Source: Candidatus Hydrogenedentota bacterium (GTDB lineage: Bacteria; Hydrogenedentota; Hydrogenedentia; Hydrogenedentales; SLHB01). Taken from it: a stretch of DNA of 64,000 nucleotides. The translations under genes were made by a program, and so were the position numbers. Of this stretch, positions 1 through 10,271 are shown one piece after another. How positions within the stretch are numbered: the stretch's first letter is position 1; every line of letters begins with the position of its first letter. The notes beneath the pieces were generated by a model that was not told the DNA's origin, did not search any database, and saw nothing but the letters and a program-made list of their open reading frames with translations. The stretch lies in assembly GCA_045863295.1 (NCBI GenBank), contig BTWA01000015.1:32001-96000 (forward strand), read 5' to 3'.

Positions 1-115
1 GAATCAAATTTACGGCGTCACCCTGCTGACCTACCCGGACTGGCATTCCCGGGAAACCACGGATAATCAGGAAGCGCAGGCGATACTGGACGCGCTCCAA
101 GGTAAACTGTCGTAG
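1..115 (+). CDS. 3' end of an unidentified CDS (partial)
   Basis: Frame 2 is open from the window start to TAG at 113-115 (NQIYGVTLLTYPDWHSRETTDNQEAQAILDALQGKLS*). Confidence 0.5.
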   Translation, partial: NQIYGVTLLTYPDWHSRETTDNQEAQAILDALQGKLS

Positions 116-465
116 TTTCAGTGCCGGTGCAATACCGGTTGCGCCCCTGAAAGTAGCCGTACCCATTTCTTGTGCGCCACTAAAAGGGCACTCCTGTCCC
201 CCGTATCGCTTAAGCCATATCCCCTCAAGGCCTTAGGTACAAATCGTGAACGTGGACGAAGTGTCAACTTGCGGTTTTCTATACTTGCTGGTATATATTA
301 ACTAGCTGGTACACATACGGAGCGTCGTGGCCCCGCACCATCCGGCCCGATCGACTGTATATCCGATACTTGAATCAATAAAATCTAGAAGGCAATTTGC
401 TTTTTAGACATAGTCATGATAAAATACCGCCAGATGCACTTATCGTCAGAAAGGGACCGGACAAG

Positions 466-927
466 ATGCTCTCGATTATCCAAGTGCAGTGCCCGCATTG
501 CGGGGTCCAAGGACAGATCGCAATTCCACCACTGGGATCGCTGATTATCGGTCCTTGCCCGAGCTGCAATGGCCTTGTAGCGATTTTCTGCGGAAAAGCC
601 CTTCCGTTGCACAAAGAAACGATGATGGAAGGCGGACGCGAAGAGCGTCGCGAACATTTGATGACGGCATTGAATCAATTCCTGGAAGACCGGATCGAGC
701 AGTTGATCGACCGGCTGGACCCGGAACTGATTGCGGATGCGTTGAATAACGAGACCCAACTCGGATTTGAGCCGCAACCCGATGAGGATCTCGAAAAGCC
801 GGAATTGCCTTCCCGGGCAGTGACGGAGCAGATCACAGAGGATGAGGTGAACCGATTCCTGGTTCAGGAACTTCCGAAATTGGACGATCCCAGCTACTTT
901 AACGCGATTTTTGAACCCAGGAAGTAA
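466..927 (+). CDS. Hypothetical protein with N-terminal zinc-ribbon-like CxxC pairs and acidic C-terminus
   Basis: ATG at 466 with AAGGGA upstream; CPHC...CPSC motifs. Confidence 0.75.
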   Translation: MLSIIQVQCPHCGVQGQIAIPPLGSLIIGPCPSCNGLVAIFCGKALPLHKETMMEGGREERREHLMTALNQFLEDRIEQLIDRLDPELIADALNNETQLGFEPQPDEDLEKPELPSRAVTEQITEDEVNRFLVQELPKLDDPSYFNAIFEPRK

Positions 928-1005
928 AAGGAACCTCCTTCCTTTGGAAATGGCCGCAGGGACTCACCGCTACCGGTCCCCGCGGCCATTTTGCGTATAT
1001 CGGAC

Positions 1006-1746
1006 TTAGGGCTTGGGATTGACCTCTTTGGCAAACGGGTCGTTGGCCGGATCCGAGTTCCAGACGTATTCGGTTCCCTTGGCGATGGATTGAGCCGCCT
1101 CCTCACCGAAGAGCTTCGCAATCACCGCCAAAGCCATGTCCATGCCCGCCGACACGCCCGACGACGTGATGAACTTTCCATCCTCCACCCATCGGGCTTT
1201 CGGTTGCCAATCGACATTCGGGCCGTTGCCGATAAGCATGCCATAGTATTGTTTGTTGCATGTCGCTTTTCGCCCGTCCAGCACTCCCGCCTTTGCCAAC
1301 AGCGCTGAGCCGGAACAAACGGAGGTCACGTATTTCGCTTTCTCGGATTGTTCTCGCAGAAACTGCAGGCAGGCTTCGTTATTCAGCTGTTGAAGCGTCC
1401 CCATACCGCCCGGGACCATCAGGATGTCCATGGGTGGCGCGTCGGCGAAACCATACTCGGCAATGACCTTGGGGCCAGCCCATTCGCCTGCGTGACCGGC
1501 GGATGGTGCGGCCTTTATTTCACCGGCCTGCTCCGCGATCATGACAACACGCACACGCGAGGATCCCAGGTTGAGAAACATCTCCACCGGGCCAAATACA
1601 TCTAGCACTTCGAAACCAGGATAGAGGAGTACGCCAATCGTGACAGGAACCGCGGGGGCATCAACCGTCTTGGTTGCTTGCGCGCCGGCCGCAAGGGAGA
1701 TGGCGCACATCCCTACGACGGCAATTAAGCGGGGTATGGCATTCAT
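1006..1746 (-). CDS. DJ-1/PfpI family protein with signal peptide
   Basis: LLYPGFEVLDVFGP, VPGG, SVCSGS nucleophile elbow, TSSGVSAGMD; start moved to MNAIPR (GGAGG upstream). Confidence 0.9.
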   Translation of the reverse strand: MNAIPRLIAVVGMCAISLAAGAQATKTVDAPAVPVTIGVLLYPGFEVLDVFGPVEMFLNLGSSRVRVVMIAEQAGEIKAAPSAGHAGEWAGPKVIAEYGFADAPPMDILMVPGGMGTLQQLNNEACLQFLREQSEKAKYVTSVCSGSALLAKAGVLDGRKATCNKQYYGMLIGNGPNVDWQPKARWVEDGKFITSSGVSAGMDMALAVIAKLFGEEAAQSIAKGTEYVWNSDPANDPFAKEVNPKP

Positions 1747-1819
1747 ACAAAAGCCTCCTGTGTGCGTGAAAAAAGAGCACCCCCAGATTGTGTCTGGGGG
1801 TGTCGTGCAAAAGGGCGAA

Positions 1820-2338
1820 TCAGCCGGCAAGTTCTTTCACCTTCGCCAGAGCCGCATCGTAATTGGGCTCTTGCGCCACTTCCGGCACATACTCTGCGTA
1901 TTGGACCGTACCGTTGCCGTCGATCACGAATACAGACCGTTGTTCCAGGCGCAGTTCCTTGATGTGGGTGCCGTAAGCGTTGCCGAAGTTCATGTCGCGG
2001 TGATCCGACAACGTGTGCACATTGGTCACGCCTGCGTTGCCGCACCAGCGCTTTTGCGCGAATGGCAGATCGGAACTGATGGTATAACACACGACTTTGT
2101 CGCCGAACGCGGCAATAGACTCATTGAATTTCCGGGTCTGCGTGTCGCACACGGGCGTATCCAGTGAGGGCACGACGCTGAGCAAGCGGACCTTTCCCGC
2201 GCTGTTCTTCAGCGAAACGGGCGAGAGATCGGCGGCGAGCAGCGTAAACTCCGGGGCCAATCCGCCTACGGCTACTTTGTCGCCGAATACGGTCAACGGA
2301 TTGCCCTTGAAGGTGAGGTCTCCAGTACGTTCTTTCAT
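1820..2338 (-). CDS. tpx: Thiol peroxidase (Tpx-type atypical 2-Cys peroxiredoxin)
   Basis: TFKGNPLT, VPSLDTPVC, ISSDLPFAQKRWC motifs; start at MKERTG. Confidence 0.95.
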   Translation of the reverse strand: MKERTGDLTFKGNPLTVFGDKVAVGGLAPEFTLLAADLSPVSLKNSAGKVRLLSVVPSLDTPVCDTQTRKFNESIAAFGDKVVCYTISSDLPFAQKRWCGNAGVTNVHTLSDHRDMNFGNAYGTHIKELRLEQRSVFVIDGNGTVQYAEYVPEVAQEPNYDAALAKVKELAG

Positions 2339-2528
2339 GACAAACGGTTCTCCTATGCGAGCTATTGAGTTTCGGGAAACCCGGCGGGATGCACCAGTCC
2401 CGCTTGGAAGTAACAAGCATAACAGGACGCCGCGCGAATTGGAATTTGCTATCGGCCTTCCACGTATTCTTGGCATCGCCTTGCACGCGCTGTATTATGA
2501 AGGGAAATAATCCAGGAGAGCAGACATC

Positions 2529-3824
2529 ATGAATAGTAATCTCTCACGCCGGAACTTTGTCATGGCGAGTGCGGCTGGCCTTACGTCGGCGTTGGCTTCG
2601 TCCCGCGCGTACGGGGCCAATGAAAAGATACGCATTGGCGTTATCGGCACGGGCAACCGTGGCGGGCAAATTATCGAACGGGCGCAGCCACATTCCCATG
2701 CGGAGATCACCGCCCTGTGCGACGTCTATGAACCCCACCTGAACGAGTGGAAAGAAAAGTTGGGCGGCACGCCGACGACCTTTAATGATTACCGCGCCCT
2801 GTTGGATGCCAAGATCTGCGACGCGATTATGATTGCCACCCCCGATCACTGGCATGCGCTGCAGACTATCCACGCGTGCGAAGCCGGATACGATGTGTAT
2901 TGCGAAAAGCCGTTGTCGTTCACCATTGTCGAGGGACGCAAGATGGTGGAAACCGCCCGGCGAACGAATAGAATCGTGCAGGTGGGCATGCAACGGCGTT
3001 CGTCGGCCATGTACGCTGAGATACGCGACTTGGTTCAAAACGACCGGATTGGCAAAGTCGTTCTCGCGCGTGCGTACCGCCTCAGTAACATGTGGCCCAA
3101 TGGCATGGGCAAGGCGCAGGATGCCGCACCGCCGGCGGATTTGGATTGGGACATGTGGCTCGGCCCGCGCCCAGTTCGGCCCTACCGCGAGAACATAGCG
3201 CCGTACCGGTTTCGGTGGTGGAAGGAATACTCTTCGCAAATGACGAATTGGGGCGTGCATTATTTCGATCTCTTGCGATGGCTGATGAACGAGGAACATA
3301 TCGAATCGGTTTCGACGCACGGCGGCCGGTTCGTCGTAGACGACGACCGCACGATACCCGACACAATGGAGGCGACATTTGAGTTCGCTTCCGGCCGGTT
3401 AATGTTGTTCGGGCAATATGAAGCCGCAGGCAATCCCATGCTCCCAGAAGGCGCGGAGATTGAGTTGCGTGGAACGAAGGGCACGCTCTATGCCCGCACG
3501 GGCCGTTACTGGATTGTGCCCGAAGCGGGCGGACAGTTTCAGGACAAAGAGCCTCGCACCGATCCGGCCGAAGCCAAAAGCGATACCGTCGACCCTACCA
3601 TCGCGCACATCGGCAACTGGCTGGAGTGCATCAAGTCGCGCGGACTGCCGTGTGCCGATGTAGAGATTGGGCACCGTTCGGTGACCATCGCGCATTTGGG
3701 CAACATCGCACTTGAAATGCGCGCACGCATTGCGTGGGATGCGGAGCAGGAGCGGATTACGAGTCCCGAATCCGCGAACGAGCATTTGCACTATGACTAT
3801 CGCGCGCCCTGGACGCTGGGGTGA
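2529..3824 (+). CDS. Gfo/Idh/MocA family oxidoreductase, Tat-exported
   Basis: SRRNF Tat motif, IGTGNRG, ATPDHWH, YCEKP, WGVHYFD. Confidence 0.92.
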   Translation: MNSNLSRRNFVMASAAGLTSALASSRAYGANEKIRIGVIGTGNRGGQIIERAQPHSHAEITALCDVYEPHLNEWKEKLGGTPTTFNDYRALLDAKICDAIMIATPDHWHALQTIHACEAGYDVYCEKPLSFTIVEGRKMVETARRTNRIVQVGMQRRSSAMYAEIRDLVQNDRIGKVVLARAYRLSNMWPNGMGKAQDAAPPADLDWDMWLGPRPVRPYRENIAPYRFRWWKEYSSQMTNWGVHYFDLLRWLMNEEHIESVSTHGGRFVVDDDRTIPDTMEATFEFASGRLMLFGQYEAAGNPMLPEGAEIELRGTKGTLYARTGRYWIVPEAGGQFQDKEPRTDPAEAKSDTVDPTIAHIGNWLECIKSRGLPCADVEIGHRSVTIAHLGNIALEMRARIAWDAEQERITSPESANEHLHYDYRAPWTLG

Positions 3825-3868
3825 GAGGGACGCATGATTTCCGGGATCAATACGACCCGTTGAACCGG

Positions 3869-4864
3869 TTACTTCCCTTCCACGCTGACACTGCCGCTGA
3901 ATGACGTGGCCTCGATTTTCAGATCGGGATCGTTGCCGGTTTCAAATTCGATGCGGCGGGCGGACTTGTTCATTTCCGCGGCAGTGATACCTGTAATGTT
4001 GATGCTGCCACTGAAGCTTTCCAATTCGAATTCGGCCTGGATATCAGCCGGGAGATACAGCCCAACCCCTCCGCTAAAGCTGCTCATTTCGATATCGGCA
4101 TCGGGAGTGGGTTCGATTTCGGCCTTGACGCTGCTGGACATGGATTCCGCCCGGAGCTTGGCGATGGGGCCGCCGAAAACCGTAAGCGAGCCGCTGTGGG
4201 ATTCCAACTCAACTTCTCCCGGCGTTTCGAACTTGCCCTTAATTTGGATGGAACTCGAAACTGACTCACAATCGATATCCTGCAAGTGGTTGCTTTCAAT
4301 GCGCGTCGATCCGCTCACGGTTTCGGTATAGATGTCACCCATGGTATTGGCAATGGAGATGCTGCCACTGACCGTGCCCGCACGCACTTCCGATGCAGGC
4401 GAGTCGATGGTAATGCCTCCGCTGACGGTATTCGCGATTACGGGACCTTCGACGCCTTTTACTTCTACTTTGCCGCTAACCCCCTTTATTGTCGCGCCAC
4501 CGAGCATATTCGTGATCGTCACTTTGGCACTGACCACGCCGACGTTTGCTTCGTTCCCCATGGGGGCCTTGACGTTAATGACGGCTTCTCCCGCACTGCG
4601 GGAGCGTTTGGGATAGATCACTTTAATGGTCACATCGCCGTTGTCGCTCAGGTAATCGATCCGTTCCACGCCGTTCGGCTGCACACCGGTCACGTGGACT
4701 TCGTTTTTGTCCCACCCTTCGATGGTGACGGACCCTTTGATGCACTCCACGGTTACTGAACCGTCTGGGCTGCCCTCGAGAAACTTGTCGATGGCGACAT
4801 CGGCATATGCGGCTGCACCGCATCCCATCCAGACCAATGCCGCGGCACGAATCCATGCATTCAT
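3869..4864 (-). CDS. DUF4097-type beta-strand repeat exported protein
   Basis: Signal peptide; repeated (T/S)VSG-x-I motifs; last gene of an ECF operon. Confidence 0.85.
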   Translation of the reverse strand: MNAWIRAAALVWMGCGAAAYADVAIDKFLEGSPDGSVTVECIKGSVTIEGWDKNEVHVTGVQPNGVERIDYLSDNGDVTIKVIYPKRSRSAGEAVINVKAPMGNEANVGVVSAKVTITNMLGGATIKGVSGKVEVKGVEGPVIANTVSGGITIDSPASEVRAGTVSGSISIANTMGDIYTETVSGSTRIESNHLQDIDCESVSSSIQIKGKFETPGEVELESHSGSLTVFGGPIAKLRAESMSSSVKAEIEPTPDADIEMSSFSGGVGLYLPADIQAEFELESFSGSINITGITAAEMNKSARRIEFETGNDPDLKIEATSFSGSVSVEGK

Positions 4865-5577
4865 TGAACTGTCTCCGTATCGTCTCTATCCGGCCACTGT
4901 GTGGCTTCCTGAATCAGAGCGCGTTTGCGATCGTAACTGGCAACCAGGCTGCGCATGAGTTGTCCGTTTTCCGGATTATTCTTCAATGCCAGCCTAGTTT
5001 CTGAGATGGCATCGTCGATGATGTTTAGATTGGCGACAAACGTCTCGATCGTCGTTTCCGGCAAGTCCGATTGGGCGAGCGCGGCCAGGAGCGCGCTCCG
5101 TGCTTCTGCGTACTCGGCGTCCACCTTGGCAAACTCCTGTTCAATTGCAGGAGTCAATGCTGGGGCGGCGGCGGAAGAACCCACGAGTCCGGGTGGTGTA
5201 CTGCCCTGCAACATGTCACGGGCGATCAACCCGGCAACAAAAACGCAAGCGAAGGCCGCTGCCAGCGCCGGTGCCGCCCACCGCGCCCAGCGATGGTGAC
5301 GCTGCGGTGCGGGTGACCCGTGTGGAACCGGCGTGGTGTAGGACCGCGAGGCACACCGCCGGGACAGGCGGCTTTCAATGCACCCCCACAAATCGCAGGA
5401 GGGCTGAACCTCACGGGGCAGGGCCTTCGCTGCCGACAAAAGAGAGCGGAGACGGCATTCGGCCTCTCGAACTTCCGGGTCCTTCAACGCGGTTTCCTCA
5501 AAGTCCCGGGCTTCGCTGGGAGCCATGAGGCCGTCCACGTAATCGTTCAACCGCTCTTCCCAGTCTGCTCTGTTCAT
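4861..5577 (-). CDS. Transmembrane anti-sigma factor
   Basis: ERLNDYVDGLM N-terminus typical of anti-sigma domains, one TM helix; ATGA overlap with the DUF4097 gene and 4-nt overlap with the sigma gene. Confidence 0.8.
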   Translation of the reverse strand: MNRADWEERLNDYVDGLMAPSEARDFEETALKDPEVREAECRLRSLLSAAKALPREVQPSCDLWGCIESRLSRRCASRSYTTPVPHGSPAPQRHHRWARWAAPALAAAFACVFVAGLIARDMLQGSTPPGLVGSSAAAPALTPAIEQEFAKVDAEYAEARSALLAALAQSDLPETTIETFVANLNIIDDAISETRLALKNNPENGQLMRSLVASYDRKRALIQEATQWPDRDDTETVQ

Positions 5578-6224
5578 AGTGCTAACGCTTCCCTCAGCAG
5601 TCGTCTCGCCCGGAACAGTTGCGCCTTCGACGTGCCTGGCGCGATTCCGGTGAGTTCGCTGATTTCCTCGTGTTTGTATCCCTCGACATCGTGAAGGAGA
5701 AAGACCTCGCGTGCACCGTCCGGCAGGGTTGCGATGGCCGCTTCCAGGTCCATCCGCAGTTCCGGCGTGCGGGGCGCGGCCCCGTGATGACGGCCTGTAT
5801 TGTCTTCCGCTTCGGCGTGCTTGGCGTTGCGCCGGGTCTTGGCGCGGTGTTCGGTGAGCACCACGTTCACGGCGATCCGATAGACCCAGGACGAGAACGC
5901 GCTGTCGGCGCGGAAGCTGTCGAGCCGGTCCCAGGCGCGCACGAAGGCGTCCTGGGCCAGTTCCTCGGCCAGCCACGCTTCGCCGCACATGCGTAGGCAC
6001 AACCCGTACACGCGCCCGACCGTATCCCGGTAGAGCTGCTCAAAGGCGCGCATGTCGCCTGCTTGAGCCTGGCGCACGAGGCGTAGTTCGTCCAGTCTGG
6101 ACGTGTCGCCGATCTCCAAACCCCGATTCTCCTGCTGCCGCCGCCCCGGGGGCCGGTCACCATCCAACCCCCGCGGTTCGGGCACGCCTATCTGCGCGCC
6201 GGCGCATTCCGAAGCTTGCGTCAC
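5574..6224 (-). CDS. ECF RNA polymerase sigma factor
   Basis: AEELAQDAFVRAW, FSSWVYRIAVN, EGYKHEEISELTGIAPGTSKAQLFRAR. Confidence 0.95.
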   Translation of the reverse strand: MTQASECAGAQIGVPEPRGLDGDRPPGRRQQENRGLEIGDTSRLDELRLVRQAQAGDMRAFEQLYRDTVGRVYGLCLRMCGEAWLAEELAQDAFVRAWDRLDSFRADSAFSSWVYRIAVNVVLTEHRAKTRRNAKHAEAEDNTGRHHGAAPRTPELRMDLEAAIATLPDGAREVFLLHDVEGYKHEEISELTGIAPGTSKAQLFRARRLLREALAL

Positions 6225-6515
6225 TCAGCCTCCTTCAACTGTCGCTTACCCGTTTTCCAGCCTTAAGACGCCAGACGGTCGAAGAAGGTTTGAGCAATCC
6301 CGAACGAAGGTTGTAACCCGTTATCCCGCAACGGGAGGCTGGGGTCAATCCGGCCCCAGCTCGATGGGTGAGCCATCATCTGTTCGATTGAAGGCCCCTC
6401 TGTTCGTTAGGATATCCTTATCTATCCCTAATGGGCCAGTTCGCTCAAGAGAGCGTGCGTGGCAGTTGTACGTGAAAGGATTTGAGATTTGTCAGCACGA
6501 ACGGAACACAATTTG

Positions 6516-7820
6516 ATGGATTTCGACCTTGCCGCACGCAAGGCGGCCTTGGACAGCCTCTTGGCGGAGGACGAGCCGGGCGGGTTGCCGAGGCGGGCGG
6601 TGAACCTGCATTGCCACACTTTCTTTTCCTACAACGGGTACGGGTATTCGCCGAGCTACCTGGCGTGGTGGGCGCGCAAGGAGGGCCTTGCCGCGGTGGG
6701 AATCGTTGATTTTGACGTGCTGGATGCCGTGGATGAATTCCTGGAGGCGTGCGAACGGGTGGGCGTCCGTGGGTGTGCGGGCTTGGAAACGCGGGTGTTC
6801 GTGCCGGAATTTGCCGACCGCGAGATCAATTCGCCGGGGGAACCGGGAATCGCCTATTTTCAAGGGGAAGGATTTGTCTCTTCGCGGGTGAGCGACACGG
6901 CTACGCTTGAGTCGCTCAAGAACACGGCACAAGAACGCAACCGAGGAATGGTCGCGCGGATCAACGAGTATCTCTCCCCCGCTGCCGTGGATTTTGACTC
7001 GGACGTGTTGCCGTTGACGCCGAATGGGAATCCGACGGAGCGGCATCTATGCACGGCGTATGAACTGAAGGCGCAAGCCGTCTTTCGGGATACGGACAAA
7101 CGGGTCGCGTTTTGGGCGGACATGCTGAAGACGGACCAAGCAAAGATTCGCGAATTATCTTCCAATCCGCCGGAGTTTCAGGGGTTGATTCGTGCGAAGC
7201 TGATGAAGGCTGGCGGCGTCGGGTATGTGAAGCCCGAGGGCAAGGACTTTCCGTTGCTGTCGACGGTGGCGACCTTTATCGCATCGGAGGGGGCCATTCC
7301 CACGTATGCGTGGCTGAATGGAGTTACAGCGGGTGAAAAGGCGATGACGGAATTGTTGGACACGATGGAACATGCCGGTGTGTTCATGCTCAATATCATT
7401 CCGGATCGCAACTGGAATCTCAAGGATGCTGTTGAACGCGCAGCCAAGGTATCGGAACTACATCGCATTGTCGCTGAAGCGGAACGACGCGGCTGGCCGC
7501 TGGTGGTGGGCACGGAAATGAACGCACATGGCCAGCGGCATGTGGATGATTTCCATGCGCCGGAGATGGCGCCTTTGGTGGAACCGGCGTTGCGCGGTGC
7601 GCACATCCTGTATGGCCACACGTGCTTGCAGAAATATGCGAGGATTGGATTTGTCAGCGAATGGGCGAAGGCGCAATTCCGGGACAAGGCTACGCGCAAC
7701 GCTTTTTATGAAGAAGCGGGCAAAGCGCTGCAACCGGGCACGGCGGAGACGCAACTCGAAGGTGTGAGCGCGGCCATGGATCCCGGCCACGTCCTGGAGG
7801 CGATCCAGCATGTCCCATGA
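6516..7820 (+). CDS. PHP-domain (metal-dependent phosphoesterase-like) protein
   Basis: NLHCHTFFS HxH motif, GIVDFD, GLE pattern. Confidence 0.75.
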   Translation: MDFDLAARKAALDSLLAEDEPGGLPRRAVNLHCHTFFSYNGYGYSPSYLAWWARKEGLAAVGIVDFDVLDAVDEFLEACERVGVRGCAGLETRVFVPEFADREINSPGEPGIAYFQGEGFVSSRVSDTATLESLKNTAQERNRGMVARINEYLSPAAVDFDSDVLPLTPNGNPTERHLCTAYELKAQAVFRDTDKRVAFWADMLKTDQAKIRELSSNPPEFQGLIRAKLMKAGGVGYVKPEGKDFPLLSTVATFIASEGAIPTYAWLNGVTAGEKAMTELLDTMEHAGVFMLNIIPDRNWNLKDAVERAAKVSELHRIVAEAERRGWPLVVGTEMNAHGQRHVDDFHAPEMAPLVEPALRGAHILYGHTCLQKYARIGFVSEWAKAQFRDKATRNAFYEEAGKALQPGTAETQLEGVSAAMDPGHVLEAIQHVP

Positions 7821-8589
7821 CATGCCGCTACTCGATGTGAATGTGTATCTGGACCGCTGGCCTTTCCGGCGGTTGAACGGCGACGCACCGGACGGGCTTG
7901 TCGACCTGTTGAAGAAACTCGGCATAGCCGAGGCATGGGCCGGGAGCTTTGATGCTGTTCTGTACAAGGACCTCGGCGGTGTGAACGCCCGTCTGGCCGA
8001 GACTTGTTCTGAATACGCGGATATCCTGATACCGTTTGGTGCGGTCAATCCAACATTGCCGGATTGGGAGGAAGACTTGCGGCGTTGCGCCGAAGACTAC
8101 GCCATGCCAGGCATCCGGCTGCATCCCAATTATCACGGGTATTCGTTGACTGACTCTAAATTCGCGGCGCTGCTGAAAGAAGGGGCGGCACGCGGGCTCA
8201 TCGTCCAAATCGCTGTGTTGATGGAAGACGAGCGCATGATGCATCCGCTAGTACGCGTGCCGAATGTCGATGTCGCTCCCCTGGCGGGGGTGTTGGAGCA
8301 GGCACCGGGTGTACAGGTCGTGCTACTGAACGCGCTGCAATACGTGAACGGTGCGCGGGCCACGGCGCTGTCGCAGGCAGGAAATGTCTATTTCGATATT
8401 GCCACGGTGGAAGGCGTCGCGGGTGTGGCAAAGGCGCTGACGTATCTGCCGCTGGAACGTGTGTTGTTTGGGTCGCATTCGCCGCTGTTTTACTTGGAGT
8501 CGGCGGTGCTGAAACTTCACGAAGCAGAACTGAATGACAGTCAATCAGACGCCATTCGGTTCTTGAACGCTCGCCGACTGCGCAATTGA
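7810..8589 (+). CDS. Amidohydrolase_2 family metal-dependent hydrolase
   Basis: GIRLHPNYHGY, RVLFGSHSP; overlaps upstream gene. Confidence 0.8.
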   Translation: MSHDMPLLDVNVYLDRWPFRRLNGDAPDGLVDLLKKLGIAEAWAGSFDAVLYKDLGGVNARLAETCSEYADILIPFGAVNPTLPDWEEDLRRCAEDYAMPGIRLHPNYHGYSLTDSKFAALLKEGAARGLIVQIAVLMEDERMMHPLVRVPNVDVAPLAGVLEQAPGVQVVLLNALQYVNGARATALSQAGNVYFDIATVEGVAGVAKALTYLPLERVLFGSHSPLFYLESAVLKLHEAELNDSQSDAIRFLNARRLRN

Positions 8590-8591
8590 CG

Positions 8592-10163
8592 TTACGAAGC
8601 CGTAAGGCGACTCAGATATCGCTCAAGCTGGGTGTAACCGCTCGGTTCATCATAGCGGGCCCCATCCGAAGGATCCGACGGATTCAGATTCTGCTCAGTC
8701 TCCCAAGTATCTGGCATACCGTCTTGGTCCGTATCCGCAGGTGCAGATTCACTCATCAATCCTGGCCATCCGCCTACATCCTTTTGCGAATCGATGATTC
8801 CCTTCTTCCCGCCGCCGTACGTAGCGCCGAATTGTGCGGTGCCGTTGCGAATTTCTTCGATGATCCGCGCATCGACGCTGTCGCGCCGGTGTGAACACCC
8901 GGCTTGCGCGAGTATGAGTTCAAACGCTTCTTCAGCGGATTGCGTGGTCACCGGGGCCACGACATAAGGCTCATTCACGCGCAGCGTTAGTTCTGTCGCT
9001 TCGCCGTCGGGGGCAAAGTCGATTCCGCCGGCCCAGTTGTTTGCCGTAATTTCGGGGAAACCAAACACAAAATTGCCGTCGCAATACATTTTCCCTTGCG
9101 CGGCCTTCTGCAAAAAGATGCGGTCTTTCACGCTGTCACCGGTGGCGGGGCCTGACTTGTAGTAATTGTTGATCCAATTGCGCGGCCAGAGTTCCCCGCC
9201 GTATGCGCTGTTGAATCCCCAGTTGTAGATGACATTGTTTCGCATGTCGAGCAGCCCGGATTCCGCATTGCCCGATGCGCGCGGGTTGCGGCTGGAATGG
9301 TGGGCGAGAATGTTGTGATGAAAGGAACCTCCAGGGCCGCCCCAGAGGCCGCCGTAGCCGTGATTGCCTTTTTTGTGAACCGAGTGGTAGAGACTCTCGG
9401 TGATCATGCACCATTGTGCTGTGAAGTTGGAGGCCTTATTGAACGAGAATGTCTCATCGACGCCCCAACTGACGGAACAGTGGTCGATGATAATCTGATC
9501 CCCCTCACCGCTTAAACCGTCCTGCTCCACCTTCAACTCGTCACCCGGCCGGAACCGCATATACCGGATGATAACCTGATCGGTGTCGATTTTTACTTGG
9601 TAGTTCTTTACGCAAATGCCGTCACCGGGCGCGGTCTGGCCTGCGATAGTGATGAAAGGATTCTCAATTTCCAATTCTGATTCGAGTGGAATCGTCCCAG
9701 AGATATCGAACACAACTGTGCGTGGGCCCTCGGCTTCGATTGCGGCCCGCAGGCTACCTGGCCCCCTATCGCCGAGGTTGGTCACGTGGATTACCTTTCC
9801 GCCGCGCCCGCCTATGGTGTACTTTCCGAAACCCTCTGCGCCGGGAAAGGCCGGCGCGTGATTGGGGCGGAAGTTGCTGAGAATGAGATTGTCCGACGTA
9901 TATTCCGTGTCGCAAAGCCAACCTTCGGGCAATATGATTGAGTCATATCTACCTTCAATCGCCGTGACTTCCTGGGAAACTATGGCGAAGCTGCAATTCT
10001 CGTGCGGCTTTATACGGCCGGCAAATTGTACGACCAGAGTACCGCCTAGCGTGGCTCCTGGAAGGGATCCAATTTCTGCTGCATCGGTGATGGTAATCGT
10101 ATCCGTATATGCGCTCAGGCTTGTTACGCAGTACGAGAGAAGGAACAGAAACCGAATATACAT
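8592..10163 (-). CDS. Secreted pectate lyase (PL1-like)
   Basis: AFPGAEGFG, GGRGG, TIAGQTAPGDG, IIDHCSVSWGVDE, HHSSRNPR, DTDQDGMPDTWE. Confidence 0.9.
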   Translation of the reverse strand: MYIRFLFLLSYCVTSLSAYTDTITITDAAEIGSLPGATLGGTLVVQFAGRIKPHENCSFAIVSQEVTAIEGRYDSIILPEGWLCDTEYTSDNLILSNFRPNHAPAFPGAEGFGKYTIGGRGGKVIHVTNLGDRGPGSLRAAIEAEGPRTVVFDISGTIPLESELEIENPFITIAGQTAPGDGICVKNYQVKIDTDQVIIRYMRFRPGDELKVEQDGLSGEGDQIIIDHCSVSWGVDETFSFNKASNFTAQWCMITESLYHSVHKKGNHGYGGLWGGPGGSFHHNILAHHSSRNPRASGNAESGLLDMRNNVIYNWGFNSAYGGELWPRNWINNYYKSGPATGDSVKDRIFLQKAAQGKMYCDGNFVFGFPEITANNWAGGIDFAPDGEATELTLRVNEPYVVAPVTTQSAEEAFELILAQAGCSHRRDSVDARIIEEIRNGTAQFGATYGGGKKGIIDSQKDVGGWPGLMSESAPADTDQDGMPDTWETEQNLNPSDPSDGARYDEPSGYTQLERYLSRLTAS

Positions 10164-10271
10164 TGATTACTCCCGCCAATTGGCATTTGCACCGGCGATG
10201 GAATCCACCTTCATTTGCGCGGCACAGCCCATGATGGTAGCATGAAATCATCACAAGGAGGTCAACGCACG

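Noticed and set aside
264..277. TCAACTTGCGGTTT shared with 33213-33226 as a regulator site
   Set aside because: Only two copies, non-palindromic, and 14-mer matches are expected by chance in 64 kb.
5578..6000. Long N-terminal extension of the anti-sigma ORF
   Set aside because: It is an alternative frame over the GC-rich sigma gene; the real start is 5577.
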